From assembly GCF_030144855.1 (NCBI RefSeq), contig NC_082715.1:80538001-80602000 (forward strand): a stretch of 64,000 bases of DNA. Reading direction: 5' to 3'. Within the stretch, counting starts at the first letter, position 1. The number at the start of each line of letters is the position of its first letter. Under the pieces are notes generated by a model. It did no database searches, was not told the origin of the DNA, and saw only the letters and a program-made list of their open reading frames with translations. This document shows positions 1-13,404 of the stretch, in pieces. The DNA comes from Hypanus sabinus (Eukaryota). The position numbers were made by a program, and so were the translations under genes.

Positions 1-888
1 TAGGAGCGAGAAGACAGCATGGCCTGGATGGTAGTTCGTCATGAAAAGGTCAGACCCAATTTATGCCACACTATTCCATTCAGGACCACTGACAACTTAG
101 AAAACTCCACGCTTGTTTGGGATTAGGGTTAAAGTTAGGGTTATAGCCCTATCTATCATGGTTTTAGCGTAATAACTGTTTCTGAACCTGGTGGTGTAGG
201 ACCCAAGGCACCATGTCCCATACCATGGTTCGAGTGTTTCTGCCCAATGGTAGTAGCGAGAAGAGAGCAAGGTCCAGTTTATTCCAAACCTTCTCAAACC
301 CATTCTCTTGCCTTTTACCCATAACCTATGGGCAACTGAAAAAAAACTCCATGCTTTTCCAGTAATGCTGGGATGTGGAGTTTGCGAAGTTGGTGGCAAT
401 GAGTTAGAGCAGCCTGCTACATCCAACTTCAGTTCCACGTTCCCTCTGAAAAACAACCCCTGACTCAACATACAGAGAAGTATTACACCAGGTAGAGATC
501 AAGATATAACAACTTGCATGGCTGGAGGGATGACCAAGAGTTTACTCAAAGAAATTGGCTTTATTGAGGATTTACTTATTATTATATTTTTTGCACTATT
601 TGTCTTCTTTTGCATATTGATTATTTGTCTGTCTGAGTAGTTTTTAATTAATTCTATTGTATTTCTTTGTTCTACTGTGAAACCCTGCAAGAAAATGAAT
701 CTATGGTGACATACAGATAATGAAGTTACTTCGAGCTTTGATTTGAAAAGGAGAAGTAGGCGTGCAGGTTTAGTAGGATCTGGACAGACAAAGGAGGATT
801 AGAGGCACAGAAGAGTACAACACAGAAACAGGCCTTTTGGCCCATTCGGTCTGGTTGGTGGATGAATGAGCAGAACAAGTTCACCTAC

Positions 889-1023
889 TTTCCTCCTCCG
901 GTTCCTCTGTACCAGAAGCTGCATGGTGCCCTCCGTGGACCTGGGCCTGGGGTAAACTGGTGACATCATCCAATGCTTGGTCAGCTTGGTGGTTTACCTC
1001 AACATCCACATCAGGATAATTCT
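889..1023 (-). CDS. PSEN2: Presenilin-2 cytosolic loop exon (ENYPDVDVEVNHQ...GTEEPEEE)
   Basis: 135-bp open exon, phase 1 to 1, TAG acceptor, GTAGGT donor. Ends in the acidic EEE+A that normally precedes RGVKLGLGD. The gene continues left of the window. Confidence 0.85.
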
Positions 1024-1269
1024 CTACACAGGAGAGTAAGGTTCTAAATTGACAAAGGTCTTCAGAAGAATTCCTGTTTAAATAATAAAGTATCTCACAG
1101 ACACTGCTTCAATATATTATTCCTGCTGATGTCCACACACTATTCTGTAGCTACTCTCCCATATTCCCAACACTGGTCACTGAACATGACCAGCCTATAG
1201 TAGCTATCTTCCTCCAGCAATGGGAACAGAGACTTCTCCTTACCTCTTTGGTTGCTTCCTTAGCATCAC

Positions 1270-1775
1270 AGAAGATAGAACAGTACAGCCCAGTACAGGC
1301 CCCTCTGACCACAATGTTGTACTGACCTTTAACCTACTCAAAGATTAATCTAACCCTTTTCTGCCACGTAATCCTCCATTTTTCTTTCAACCAAGTGCTC
1401 TTTCCCCACAACACAATAAAAACAAAGGGGGTTCCGGGTTATAGCTCCTCATCTCTGTCCTAAAGGGGCATCCCTCTATTCTGAGGCTCTGCCCTCTGGT
1501 CCTAGACTCACCCACTCTTGGAAACATCATTTCCACATCTACCCTATCAATGGGTTTCAATGAGATCCTCCCTTAATTCTTCAGTGAGTACAGGCTCAGA
1601 GCCATCAAACACTCCTCATACATTAACCCTTTTGTTCCCAGAATCGTTCTCATAAACCTCCTCTGGACCCTCTCTAATGCCAATACATCTTTTCTTCGAT
1701 AAGGGGCCCAAAATTGCTCACAATACTCCAAGTGCAGTCTGAAGAATGCCTTATAAAGCCTTAGCATTACATATC
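1270..1775 (-). mobile_element. CR1 3' fragment
   Basis: LYKA..HLEYCEQFWAPY..ERVQRRF. Confidence 0.85.
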
Positions 1776-1779
1776 CTAG

Positions 1780-2365
1780 TCCCAGTGAACACTTGTTGTA
1801 GGAAAGGCATTGTCAAGCTGGGGGTGGGGGGGTGGTGCAGGACAGATTTACAAGGATGCTGACTGGGCTAGACGGCCTGAGTTACAGCAAGGGGTTAGCC
1901 ACACTGGACCTTCATTCCCTGGAGAATGAGGGGCGAACTTGGAGAAGTTTATCTGAACAATCATAGTCTTTTTCTCCAGGGTGGAGAGTCCAAAACTACA
2001 GAACATAGATACAAGAGGGGAGAGATTTATTTTCAATTACGGGAATATGGTGTGAAAGTTATTGTACAGTGGAATACATCAAAAAGCTATAACTTCCTAC
2101 AAAATAAATAAATTAGTGCAAAAAGTGAGGTTTAAAGGAGACCCAAGAGGTAACTTCTTTATGTGGACGATGGTGAATACCTGGAATGAGCTGCCAGAGG
2201 AAGCGATCAGGGCAAGTATGATTGCAACACACAAGAGACACTTGGATAGGAACAGGGAGGGAGGGGCTTGGAGGGTTATGGGCCAAACGTGGGTGACTCG
2301 GAATAACAGGGAGGATGCTGTGGTTGGTATGCACCAGTTAGGCTGGCTATATAATCTATGAGACT
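1780..2365 (+). mobile_element. Degenerate CR1 3' fragment
   Basis: RFKGDPRGNFF...WNELPEE. Confidence 0.75.
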
Positions 2366-2732
2366 ATGATTCCGTTTCTGAAGCCAGGTATTTCTAGAAG
2401 CCCTCTGCAGCTCACTGACCAGGCCATCTCTGAGCACAACAGATGGACCAATGTTATTTTAAAGCATTCTTTGCTCACCACTGAAGTCCTGATGGAGGGT
2501 CTCAGCCTGAAATGCTGTCTATACATTTCCCTCCATAGGTGCTGCATGAGCTTGAGTTCCTGCTGCGTTGTGTGTGTTACAGAAAGGTGGTGGATACCAA
2601 AATCAGTCTCTCCCCCCCCACCCCCCACAATATCCAGAATAAAAATGCAACTATCACATTATCATCAGCAGGAGTGTCCAGATGTAGCAATAAGACAGGA
2701 GAATGGAGTTAAGGTGCAGATAAACCACAATC

Positions 2733-3253
2733 TACACTCAGTAGCCACTTTATTAGATACACCTGCTCATTAATGCAGATATCTAATCAGCCAATCATGC
2801 GGCAGCAACTTAATACATAAAAGCATGCAGACATGGTCAAGAGATTCAGTTATTGTTCAGACCAAACATCAGAATGGGGAAGAGATGTGATCTAAGTGAT
2901 TTTGACTATGGAATGATTGGTGCCAGATGGGGTAGCTTGAGTATCCCAGAAACTGTTGATCTCCTGGGATTTTCATGCACAATAGTCTCTAGTGTTTATG
3001 GAGAAGGGTGCAAAAAACAAAGACATCCAGTGAGTGGCAGTTCTGTAGGTGGAAACACCTTGTTAATGAGAGAGGTTAGAGGAGAATGACCAGACTGGCT
3101 CAAGCTAACAAGAAGATAGCAGTAGTTTAAAGAACCACGTGTTACAACAGTGGTGTGCAGAAGAGCATCTTTGTACCACACATCAAACCTTGAAGAGAAT
3201 AGGCTACAGCAGCAGCAGGTCACGAACATACACACAACAGCCACTTTATTAAG
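2733..3253 (+). mobile_element. Non-autonomous Tc1-like DNA transposon
   Basis: TA + cactcagtagccactttattag terminus; transposase HTH remnant MGKRCDLSDFDYGM..ETVDLLGFSCTIVS. Related copies at 28400-28908, 11388-11535 and about 29345-29523. Confidence 0.8.
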
Positions 3254-3411
3254 CCAGTTCCCGCAGAGCTCTGTAGGATTCAATGATAATCAACATAAAT
3301 AATATTGTCATTGCAATAAAAAGGGTCTTGGATCTGTATTCAACAAACTAACCTCCGCCCAAGTCCTAACATGCCTTACTGCAAATCTCCGTGAGTCAGT
3401 CTTACACCAAC

Positions 3412-3489
3412 CTGAATTACATGTGTTGTTCAGAGGCTCCTCAGTGCCCAAATCTCGCTTTGCCATCGTCACCAGCCAGACCATGGTGG
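3412..3489 (-). CDS. PSEN2: Presenilin-2 exon, endoproteolysis region (STMVWLVTMAKRDLGTEEPLNNTCNS)
   Basis: MVWLVxMA motif; CAG acceptor. Donor CAG|GTTGGT chosen because the two neighbouring donors create a TAG at the next junction. Confidence 0.88.
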
Positions 3490-3681
3490 CTGCAGGGAAA
3501 GACATCTGATTAAGAAAGTGTGTCCACTTGCTTGGGTCAAGGCAAATTTAATTTGATTTCCTGTTGTACCAATCTACCCAGGATAGACTGTGATCTGACT
3601 CTCCCATAGATAGCACCTTGGAAATCCCAGATTAGTCCTATTCCACTGTAGATTGTAAATACATTCCACTGTACTCCATTG

Positions 3682-3962
3682 GGCAGTGTGGTAGCGTAGC
3701 AGTTAGCGTAACACTTTAAAGCTCTAGTGATCGATCAGGGTTCCATTCCCACTGCTGTCTGTAAAGAGTTTGTACATTCTCCCTGTGACCATGTGGGTTT
3801 CCTCCAATGTACAAGTTAGGGTTAGTAAGTTGTGGGCATGTTATATTTGTGCGGGCTGCCCCCAACACAACCTCAGACTTTTGATTGTTGACGCAAATGA
3901 TGCATTTCACTGTATGTTTGTTTTGATGTTCCAATGTACATTTGACAAATAAAAACTAATCT
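3682..3962 (+). mobile_element. tRNA-derived SINE (abundant family)
   Basis: A/B-box-like head, gtgggtttcctcc core, tail ending aaataaa. Similar copies near 9357-9650, 12515-12705, 17370-17650(-), 29750-30063(-), 41350-41610, 41910-42190, 56778-57030 and 63497-63965. Confidence 0.75.
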
Positions 3963-4814
3963 TTAATAATCTTCAGACCGGGTCATAAATCCACACTTCA
4001 AAGCACAAACCAAAGTAGCAGTTTTGTTTAATTATTATCATGTTCACCGAAGTATGAGCAGCTCCCAGCCAAATGTGCGTGTCAACAGCCACACAGCTGG
4101 TACAGCTGCTGCCTGACCGCTCCCGAGACCCTTGTTCGTGCTTTCCCTCCCTCTCGTCACTGGCTTTGGACAATTCATGTTTAAGTTAAACTTCCCCAGA
4201 ACACAATGGTGCAATTCTACATTGCTATCATAGACAACATCCTCACATCAGCTATCATTGTCTGTAGTGTTCTCTCACAATATATGAGAACTACAGCAAA
4301 CTGTCAGGTCAGCAGAAAAGGTCATTGGCTGCAGTCCATCATCACCACAGCACTTGTATGTGTCCAGGACAAAGAAGCAGGCAAGAAAAATCACTGCAGA
4401 CACTACCCACCCCGCAAAGTGCACTTTCCAAAAGCTCCCTTCTGGAAAGTGCTATAGGGCTATTAAAACAAAAAACTTCACACCTTCTGAAAAGTTTCTC
4501 CCTACAGAAAGTTAATGTGATCAACTATTCTAGTTATGCCCCCCCCCAATCATCTCTGTCTATTATCCCCATCACTGCACTGCATCGTAAAGACTTCAAA
4601 ACACTTTTCATAATACTGTTTACTGTAAATACATGCTGGTATTTATGAATCTATGCCCATTTTATTCCTTCAATCTCGACCTTTATTAGATATATCTTTA
4701 TTTTCTAAATAGTTTTTATTCTTAATATTAATTGTAAAATGTTGTTTTTTGTTATATGCCATGCCCTGACCAACACACCACAGCAAATTCCAATTACGTG
4801 TAAATACATATGGC

Positions 4815-7310
4815 CATAAGACCATTAAGACTACCAGACATAGGAGCAGAACTGGCTACTCAGTCTATTGACTCTGCTCCGTCATTCCATCATGGCTGAT
4901 TTAGAATCCATCTCCTGCCTCCCCCCCCCCCCCATAAACTTTTAAATCCTAGCTAATCTAGAACCTATCAACCTCTGCTTTAAGTTACTCAATGACACGG
5001 CCTCCACAGATTCACCCCTCTGACTAAAGAAATTCCACCTTAACTCTGTCCTAAATGGACATCCCTCTATTCTAAGGCTATGTCCTCTAGTCTGAGACTC
5101 CCCACTGGAGCAAACATCCTCTCCACATCAACTCTACCTAGGCCTTTCAATATTTGATAGGTTTCAATGAAATCCACCCTCAATCTTCTAAACTCTAATG
5201 AGTACGGGCCTGGAGCCATCATATGTTAACCCTTTGATTCCTGAAATCATTGTTAACCCTTTGATTCCTGAAATCATTTTCATGAACTTCTCTGACCCTA
5301 TCCAATGCCAGCACGTTTTCTTAGATAAGGAGCCCAAAACTACTCATAATATTCCATGCGCGGTCTGACAAATGCCTTATAAAGACACAGCATTACATCC
5401 TTGCTTTTATATTCTAGTCACCTCTGCCACTTCTTTGCCCATTCTTCCAATCTGTCAAAGTCCTTTGGCAGACATGCTGCTTCCTCAACCTATCTGCTAA
5501 CCTGGCCACAAAGCTCTCGATTCCATCATCCAAATCGCTGACACATAACGTGGAAAGAAGCAGTCCCAACACCAATAACAAATGTACTTTGAATCTGGGT
5601 CATTACATAACAACCAGTCTAGAACAGCCTTTCCCTAGGGGGCTCAACCACGAGCTGCTCTAAAAAGCCATCACATAAGCATCCTACAAATTCCCTCTCT
5701 TGGGATCCAGCACCACTCTACCTGCATATTGAAATTCTCTATAACTAACGGAACATTGTCTTTTTGACATGCCCTTTCTATCGCCCATTGTAATTTACAC
5801 TCCACATCCAGATACTATTTGGAGGCCTGTATGTAATTCCCGTTAAGGCCTTTTTACCCTTGCAGTTTGTTAACTCTATCCACAAGGATTCTACATCTTC
5901 CAATCCGATGTCACCTCTTCCTAAGGATTTGATTTCATTTTTTATCAACAGTCACCCCAGTTCCTCTGCCTACCTGCCTGTTCTTTGTGTGCTTGGATGT
6001 TAAGCTCTAACTTTCAGCCACGTCTCAGAAATGTCCACAGCAACGTACCTGCCAATCTCTAACCGCACAAGATCAACTACTTTATTCTGCATATTGCGTG
6101 CATTCAAATATAACACCATCAGTCATGTATTCATCACTCTTTTCAATTTTGACCCTTGTTACACATTAACACATCCCATTGACTGTACTTTTGCCCTATC
6201 AGCTGCTTGTCCTTCCTCACAGTCTCACTACACACTGCATCTACTTGGAAACCAACTGTCCCTTCCTCAGTTGTATCACTCTGGTTCCCATTCCCCTGGC
6301 GAATTAGTTTAACCTTTCCACACAACTCTAGAAAACTTGCCCATAAGGATACTGGTCCCACCCAGGCTCAGGTGTAACCCCTCCTTTTCCTACCGGTCAA
6401 ACCTTCCTCAGGAGAGATCTGAATGATCCAGAAATCTGAAACCCTGTCCCCTGCACCAATTCCTCAGCCACTCATTCATCTGTACCATCATCCTATTTCT
6501 GCCCTGTACTGAATGTGTAACGAGGAGTAATCCAGAGAATATTATCTTGAAGGGGTCACATCTGCCTGTCTGTGTTGTATTTTGTGTTATGAGTTCTCTA
6601 CGGGGAATTTGTTACATGGGTTGGGGTGTGGTAGAAGTAAATGAATATATTTACATATTCATGCTTTGGCTTTAGGTCAGTTTAGTTTAGTTACAGCCAG
6701 GGTAAGTCATGTGGGGAGTGGGGGTGATTTTTTTTGTTGATTGCTAATTATGTTGAATGGAATGCTATTACACTGTTTAATATATAGCTAAGACCGCTAA
6801 CTTCATTATTTCGCTTATTTCATTATCTTCACTCTACCGCTAATTTTAGTTTTGTTAGTTTTTTTTAAATCACTATAAGATCATTCGTCTTTGCTGGTTT
6901 TGTAATAAAGGATCAGAAGTACTTCTTTCAACTTGGAGATTAATTATCTGAGAAGCACATCACACAGTGCCAGCCTCCGCCCTCAGTCGCTCAGCCATTT
7001 GGTTTGTTTTCAAGTAACCCCTACAGTCTCATCCGTGATGTTTCCAGCCTCCCAGATGGTGCAAGTACATTCAGCTCCAGCCTCCAGTGCTTTGACCTTG
7101 TCAGTCAGGAGCTGAAGTTGGCTGAACTTCCGGCAGATGTAGTCACCGAGGAGACAGTCAGATACCCTGACATCTCACATCTCACAGGAGTAGCATTTCA
7201 CTGCTTGAACTACCATCCTGCCTACACTTGTTACACCTCTAACTTCCCAAGCTTAAGCTCTAGCCTCTGTCTGTTCTCACTGGAGCCTGACCACTCGAAC
7301 ACTCACAACG
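4815..7310 (-). mobile_element. Degenerate CR1 pieces (3' end, APE and ORF1 remnants)
   Basis: Sequence similarity to the in-window CR1 at 36000-37600 and to 31195-31930. Confidence 0.75.
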
Positions 7311-8473
7311 GCTGCTCTGCTTCCCTTCAGTTTATTGGTCTCTGCTGAGTGTGTCAAAGGTCACGATGATTGCAGCCTGCCGAAAAATTCTGAAAGGCCT
7401 CAAGCTCTTTTTAAATCTCACGCTGCCTCACCAACAAATACCCTCTCATGACGGTGCTTGATTCACGATTCCATGTGTCCTCTGCGTCTACATGTCTGAG
7501 ATGCTGCTGCAAACAAGTTTTTCATGGTACCTATCTATACCTTACTGTACTTGTGAACATGACAATAAACTTGACTTCACTCTATCTTGACCACCAACAC
7601 TCTGTGCATTTTACACATTTTCGCTGTGACCATATGGGTTTCCCCCAGATGTTCAGCTTTCCCGTTCGGTAAGTTAATTGGCCACAGTAAATTGCCCGTA
7701 ATGTGTAGGCAAGTGGCAGAATCTAGGGAAACATAAGAGCAGAATTAAGCCTTTCCATCATGGCTGATTTATTATTCCTCTCCGCCCATTCTTCTAATCA
7801 GTCTAAGTCATTCCACAGACTCCATTCTTGCTCAACACTGCCAGCCCCTCAGCCTATCTTGGTATTGCCTGCAATCTTGGCCAGAAAGCCCACAATTCTG
7901 TCACCTGAATCATTGGCATGTGGGCAGAATACAACGGGATTAGTGTAAATGGGTAACTGAGAGGCAGCATGCACTCAGTGGGCCATTGGAGCTGCTTCTG
8001 TCTTGGATAACTGTCACACTATGACACCAATGTTTAACAAATTGATATTCCCAACATCAGTTATCAGAATGCCTAAGAGGAGCTGCTACTCTTCCACGCA
8101 GTGGCCTTATCACTTAACCGAATCCCACCAATCCGCTCCATTACTATCACACTGGGAACCACAGAGCCTCACTCCCCCCCCCCCGATTCCACCTCTTCTA
8201 GTTTGCATGGGCCGAGGACTGAGAGGTAGCGTGGGAAGAGACAGACAGAATTTTGCACAGCAGAGGAATTAAGGGTTATGGGGAACAAGAGTGTAGGTCA
8301 GCTAGATCAGCCATGATCTTATTGAACGGCGGAGTGAGCTCGACGGTATAGTTGGCCGACTCCTGCTCCTGTTCTTTGCTTTTATTATCCCGTTAATGAC
8401 TGCAACCTTCCCCAAGTCTGCGAATTTTCCTTTAACAACCAAGTGTGAACAAGAAAATCAAAAGTGGACTTAC

Positions 8474-8572
8474 ATGAATATATCAAGGCTGGGAATATTG
8501 GTTCATTCCTCTCCTGGGCCGTCTCCACGAGCACTCTCAGGGGGCCTTTAGGGCACAGCACTGCGATAAGAT
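8474..8572 (-). CDS. PSEN2: Presenilin-2 exon ([33 protein letters not shown])
   Basis: 99-bp exon; ERNEPIFP is PSEN2-type; CAG acceptor, GTAAGT donor. Confidence 0.98.
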
Positions 8573-8714
8573 CTGGAGTAAAACAGGAACCATCTAGCAT
8601 CAATGTGCTTGTGACCAGTACCTGCAATTATGCAGCTTAAAGGCCATTGCTGACAATGGTCCCGTCACATTCCTAGATGCTAATTTATTGTTGGTACAAT
8701 CTACTACTTTGCCT

Positions 8715-9272
8715 ACAATTGGTTACGGAAACTGCACTGCAACCAACAGGAAAGCCCTACAGCGAGTAGTCAAAGCTGCCCAATGCATTACCGTCACCAG
8801 CCTACCTGCCATCGAGGGCATAGATACAGAAAGGTGGCGGAAAAGGAGCAGTAACATCATGAAGGATCCCACCCTCCCTGCTCAAGATCTGTTTGTCCCA
8901 CTCTCATCAGGAAGGAGGCTATGTAGCATCCACACCAGGACAACAAACTCAAAACCAGTTACTTTTGCCAAGCAGTAAGGCTGATCAACACCTCCACCCA
9001 CTAACCCACACTTCCACACCCCCACCACCACTACTTTATCATTTCCTATCAGTCTCCTTATGCAGAGACTCTCCTGTGCCTAGCGTCACTTTATGGACAT
9101 ACAATCAATCTATGCATATAAGCTATCTTATGCATTTATATTTATTGTGCTTTTATTATTATTGTCTTCTTTAATTGTGTTTTCTTTTGTCTTGCGTCGA
9201 ATCTGGAGTAACAATTATTTAATTTTCTTTTCCACTTTTTTACTGGAAATGACAGTAAACTCTTAAATCATG
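8715..9272 (+). mobile_element. Rex1/Babar-type LINE 3' fragment
   Basis: YGNCTATNRKALQRVVKAAQ..IMKDPT...LSSGRRL. Related fragments near 4200-4815, 14765-15135, 30300-30850, 37918-38165, 53510-54050 (+) and 57810-58090, 59900-60270 (-). Confidence 0.75.
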
Positions 9273-9821
9273 AAGACATTAAATTAGCACAGAAGTCTTA
9301 AACTTATAGAGCACTTCACATTGTGAGCATTCACAGCAGTGTTGGTGTAGAAAATAGGTGGCATAATAGAGTAGCAATTCATACAATTGCTTTACAGTGC
9401 CAGGAAGTGGTCAGTGTTCGACTCCTGCAGCTGTACGTGCTCCCCTTGACCACGTGGATTTCACCCAAGCACCCCGGTTTCCTCCCACATTCCAAACACA
9501 TATGGGTCAGGGCACTAAACTGTAGGCATGCTACGTTGGTGCTGGAAGCCTGGCAACAAGTGGGCTGCCCCAGCACATCCTCGGACTGAGTTGGTCACTG
9601 ACACATTTCACTGTATGTTTTGACATACATTTAACCAATAAAGCCAATCATTCTTTTTTCTTTCCTTACTACACATACTTTCTGTCCATTCCTGGCTCTC
9701 TGCTCTTGAGAACTCTGCCTGAAACTACCCTAATTGAAGCGTTAACTAACGCTAGGCAGTGTTGATGTTACAATGCAATTTCAAAAGCGGGGAGCTGTAT
9801 CGCAGAGGATGACACACATAC

Positions 9822-10042
9822 CATATACTGATATTGCACCAAGAATGACCCAGGCTGACCACTCGGGAAGGTACTTAATGAAGACCAGGGCCATCAGTGC
9901 ACTGATCATGATGAGGTAAGCCTGCTGCAGCTGGAGAGGACCCTTCCAGTGGATGCAGATCATTCCGACCACGCCGAAGTTCCAAATTATGAGGATCAGG
10001 GTCGGGTAGTCCATGGCCACATTGTATGTCTTAAACACTTCA
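9822..10042 (-). CDS. PSEN2: Presenilin-2 exon, TM4-TM6 ([15 protein letters not shown]...[16 protein letters not shown])
   Basis: 221-bp exon; DYPTL and [12 protein letters not shown] are PSEN2-type; the catalytic Asp codon is split across the next intron (G|AT). Confidence 0.98.
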
Positions 10043-10134
10043 CTGCGGGAAACAGGTCAGTCTGTTATCACAGTAACCTACACCAAGCTGCAAAAACTGA
10101 GTTGGAAAAAAAATGGCGGAAGGCAAATACTTAC

Positions 10135-10202
10135 CCTAGGTATATATAGGTGAAGAGAAAAAGTAACAGCAGAGAGGAGAGGATCAACCAGCCGTGAATA
10201 AA
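10135..10202 (-). CDS. PSEN2: Presenilin-2 exon, TM3 (FIHGWLILSSLLLLFLFTYIYLG)
   Basis: 68-bp exon; FIHGW is PSEN2-type (PSEN1 has VIHAW); CAG acceptor, GTAAGT donor. Confidence 0.97.
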
Positions 10203-10721
10203 CTGGAAGACACAGGCACTGTGGTTAGACAGCAGTCCAACAATATCTCTCTTGTTATCATCATAAGACACAAGAGCAAAATTGCTGATATAACGACATA
10301 AGTGTGGTCTGACCAATGCTTTATAAGGCCTCACACTTTTTAAACCCTGGTGGATTGTCACAAGGTCAAATTCCAACCATACCATATCTTAAGATCATAC
10401 TAATCGCAGATCAGGAAAACTTGCTTTCCTCACAAACTGATGTTGTTTGGAGCTAATTAAGTCCTGTTACTCTTGCAATGCAAGAAAAAGACACAGCCAG
10501 TTTTTGCAAACACAACTCCCTCATAATAATTGGACAATCTGTTTTATGATATTGATTAAAGGATAAATGTGGTCACTTTGAACTGGGCGAGAAATTGTTC
10601 TTCATCGAGTTTGTGGAATGGGATGTTCTCTGTCCAAGGGAGGCCTGTCTACATTTAATTCTTCTGAAAAATGGCAGCAACAACAAAGCATCTCACTCTC
10701 TTGAATTCTCTATCTCTCTTT

Positions 10722-10968
10722 AACCCACCCCTCCCCACATCTCCCCTCTACCCCTCACCCTCCCTCCCTAACCCTCTCTACCTCTCCCCTCCCCTCTCAA
10801 CCTCTACACTCCCTCTACCTTTCCTCCTCCCCTCTACCCTCCCTCCCCACCTCTCCTCCTCCCCTCCCCCTCTCTCTACCTTTCCCCTCCCCATCTCTCC
10901 ACCTCTCCTGTCCCCCCCTCACTCCCCATCCCCTCTCTCCCTACCTTTCCTCCTCCCCTCTCCCTCTG
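10722..10968. repeat. CT-rich low-complexity tract
   Basis: Almost purely C/T for about 250 bp in a PSEN2 intron. Confidence 0.9.
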
Positions 10969-11536
10969 TGTTTCTGCTAAGTTTTAGCCTACATCAAATG
11001 CCAAAATCTCAGGACTGAGACCACTTTCCAACTGAGCAAGTGAAAAGCTGTCACTGAGCCAGGGATGACGTCTGCAAAATACTCGTATTAATGGAAGTTG
11101 TCACTTCTTTTCTTCATGCTGTTAGTGTTTTGTGCTCTGGGTGCTTGACACCTGTTGCTGGAGAGTTAAGCGTGAGCTTCTGTTTGCATGGGGAGACAAA
11201 CCTTATTACAGACACAAAAAGCTGGAGGAGCTCAGTAGACCAGGCAACATCCATGGAAAAAAGTACAGGGTTTCGGGCCGAGACCTTTTGGCAGGACAGA
11301 AAACACTGTCTGGAACTGGACTGCATCATGTAAAGGAGCCCAAAGAAGCAGAAATGAGATACTAAACCTCCCTTATTGCATTTGCTGTACCTAATAAAGT
11401 GGCCACTGAGTGTATGTTCACAGCCTTCTGCTGCTGTAGCCCATCTACTTCAAGATTCAACATGTGGTACGTTTAGAGATGCTCTTCTGCACACCACTGT
11501 TGTAACACATTGTTATCTAGGTTAGTGTCACCTACT

Positions 11537-12332
11537 TAGAACAAAGAACATAGAAAGCCTACAGCACAACACAGGCCCTTCGGCCCACAAAGCTGTGCTG
11601 AACATGCCCTTACCTCAGAAATTACCTAGAGTTACCAATAGCCCTCTATTTTTCTAAGCTCCATGTACCTATCGAGGAGTCTCTTAAAAGACCCTATCGT
11701 ATCTGCCTCCACCACCGTTGCTGGCAGCCCATTCCACACACTCACCACTCTCTGAGTGAAAAACTTAACCCTGACATCTCCTCTGTACCTACTCCCCAGC
11801 ACCTTAAACCTGTGTCCTCTTGTGGCAACCATTTCAGCCCTGGGAAAAAGTCTCTGACTATCCACACAATCAATGCCTCTCATCATCTTATACACCTCTA
11901 TCAGGTCACCTCTCATCCTCCGTCACTCCAAGGAGAAAAGGCCAAGTTCACTCAACCTATTCTCATAAGACATGCTCCCCAATCCAGGCAACATCCTTGT
12001 AAATCTCTTCTGCACCCTTTCTATGGTTTCCACGTCCTTCCTGTAGGGAGGTGACCAGAACTCCAAGTGGGGTCTGACCAGGGTCCTATATAGCTGTAAC
12101 ATTACCTCTTCGCTCCTAAATTCATTTCCACGATTGATGAAGGCCGATACACTTTACGCCTTCTTAACCACAGAGTCAACCTGCGCAGCAACTTCGAGTG
12201 TCCGATGGCCTCGGACCACAAGATCCCTCTGATCCTCCACACTGCCAAGAGTCTTACCATTAATACTGTATTCTGCCATCACATTTGACCTACCAAAATG
12301 CACCATCTCACACTTATCTGGGTTGAACTCCA
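11537..12332 (-). mobile_element. CR1 3' fragment
   Basis: MEFNPDKCEMVHFG, RGDLIEVYKMMRG..FFTQRVV..WNGLP, tail repeat. Confidence 0.92.
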
Positions 12333-12791
12333 TTCGTGTCAGCTTGAATTTAAACACTGCCACACCCACATCCCTTAAAAATGAATTTTAAAAACGTGGG
12401 CTTGCGGGGTTTGTCCCAAAATATTGTATAGTTCTGTTCCCATTAGCTGAGCTCCCAGCCCTGGACGAAGAGTGGTTTGACTTTTCTTATGATTTGTTTA
12501 TCTGCAATACTTCTTAACGTGGGTTTCCTTCAGATGCTCCAGTTTCCTTCCACATTCCTAAGACATACAGGTTGGTAAGATGTGGGCATGTTACGTTGCT
12601 GCTGGAAGCACACGAACTCTTACAAGCTGCCCTCAGCACATCCCGGTTGAAACAAACAACACAATTCGCTGAATGTTTTCATGTACCAGTGACAAATAAA
12701 GCTCATGTTTTTGAAAAGGTGAAACATACAGAACTTAATTAGTTTCACTAATTTGAATTTATTACACAAACAGAAATTCAAAAACTCCTAC

Positions 12792-12933
12792 CTTGTAACA
12801 TCGATATTTGTAAAGAAAGACAAGAAGAATTGTCATTATGACAATAACACTGATCATGATCAAAGTGTTAAGGATAGAGTTGAGAATACGCTGTCCAACC
12901 GAGTCAGTATCTTCTGTGAACGGGGTGTAAATT
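12792..12933 (-). CDS. PSEN2: Presenilin-2 exon, TM2 ([30 protein letters not shown]...LYKYRCYK)
   Basis: 142-bp exon with AG/GT boundaries; [16 protein letters not shown] is PSEN2-type. Confidence 0.97.
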
Positions 12934-13404
12934 CTGTGGGAATAGAAGTCAAAAATGTTTAATGTATTTCCAATATTTATAATTAGTCACAAATGTATTT
13001 GGATATCATCTTTAACTTTGCACTTACAATGTAATAAAAATACCCCAAGGCACTTTACTGGAACATTATCCAACAGGAAGTGAACAAGCTAGTGTCCTAG
13101 TGCAATCACAACAACTTGGATCTGAATGTCCTCACTGTGTTGAGGATGCATACCAACTTCAGGAGGATTGTTTCCCCCCTCCACCTGCTCATCACCAATG
13201 ACTTTATGGTCAACACCATTTCTGGTGAATAAAGTTGGTCCCTGATAAACAGATATCATGACAGTCAATGAAAAAGTGTAGCTTTCACACGTGTCATGGA
13301 GGGAGGAAAGAGATGTAGACAGCTAGAGTGGTTTTGGGCAACAGTTGCTAAGCCTGAGGGTTCCACATCAGTGATGGAATGAAAAGCATTGTCCAGATTC
13401 AGAA

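Noticed and set aside
122-143. Telomere-like TTAGGG motifs
   Set aside because: Only two interrupted units; too short to call an interstitial telomeric repeat.
5224-5277. Exact 27-bp tandem duplication
   Set aside because: Local slippage inside a dead CR1; no further significance.
10671-11018. Pro/Ser/Leu-rich ORF
   Set aside because: Translation of a CT low-complexity tract.
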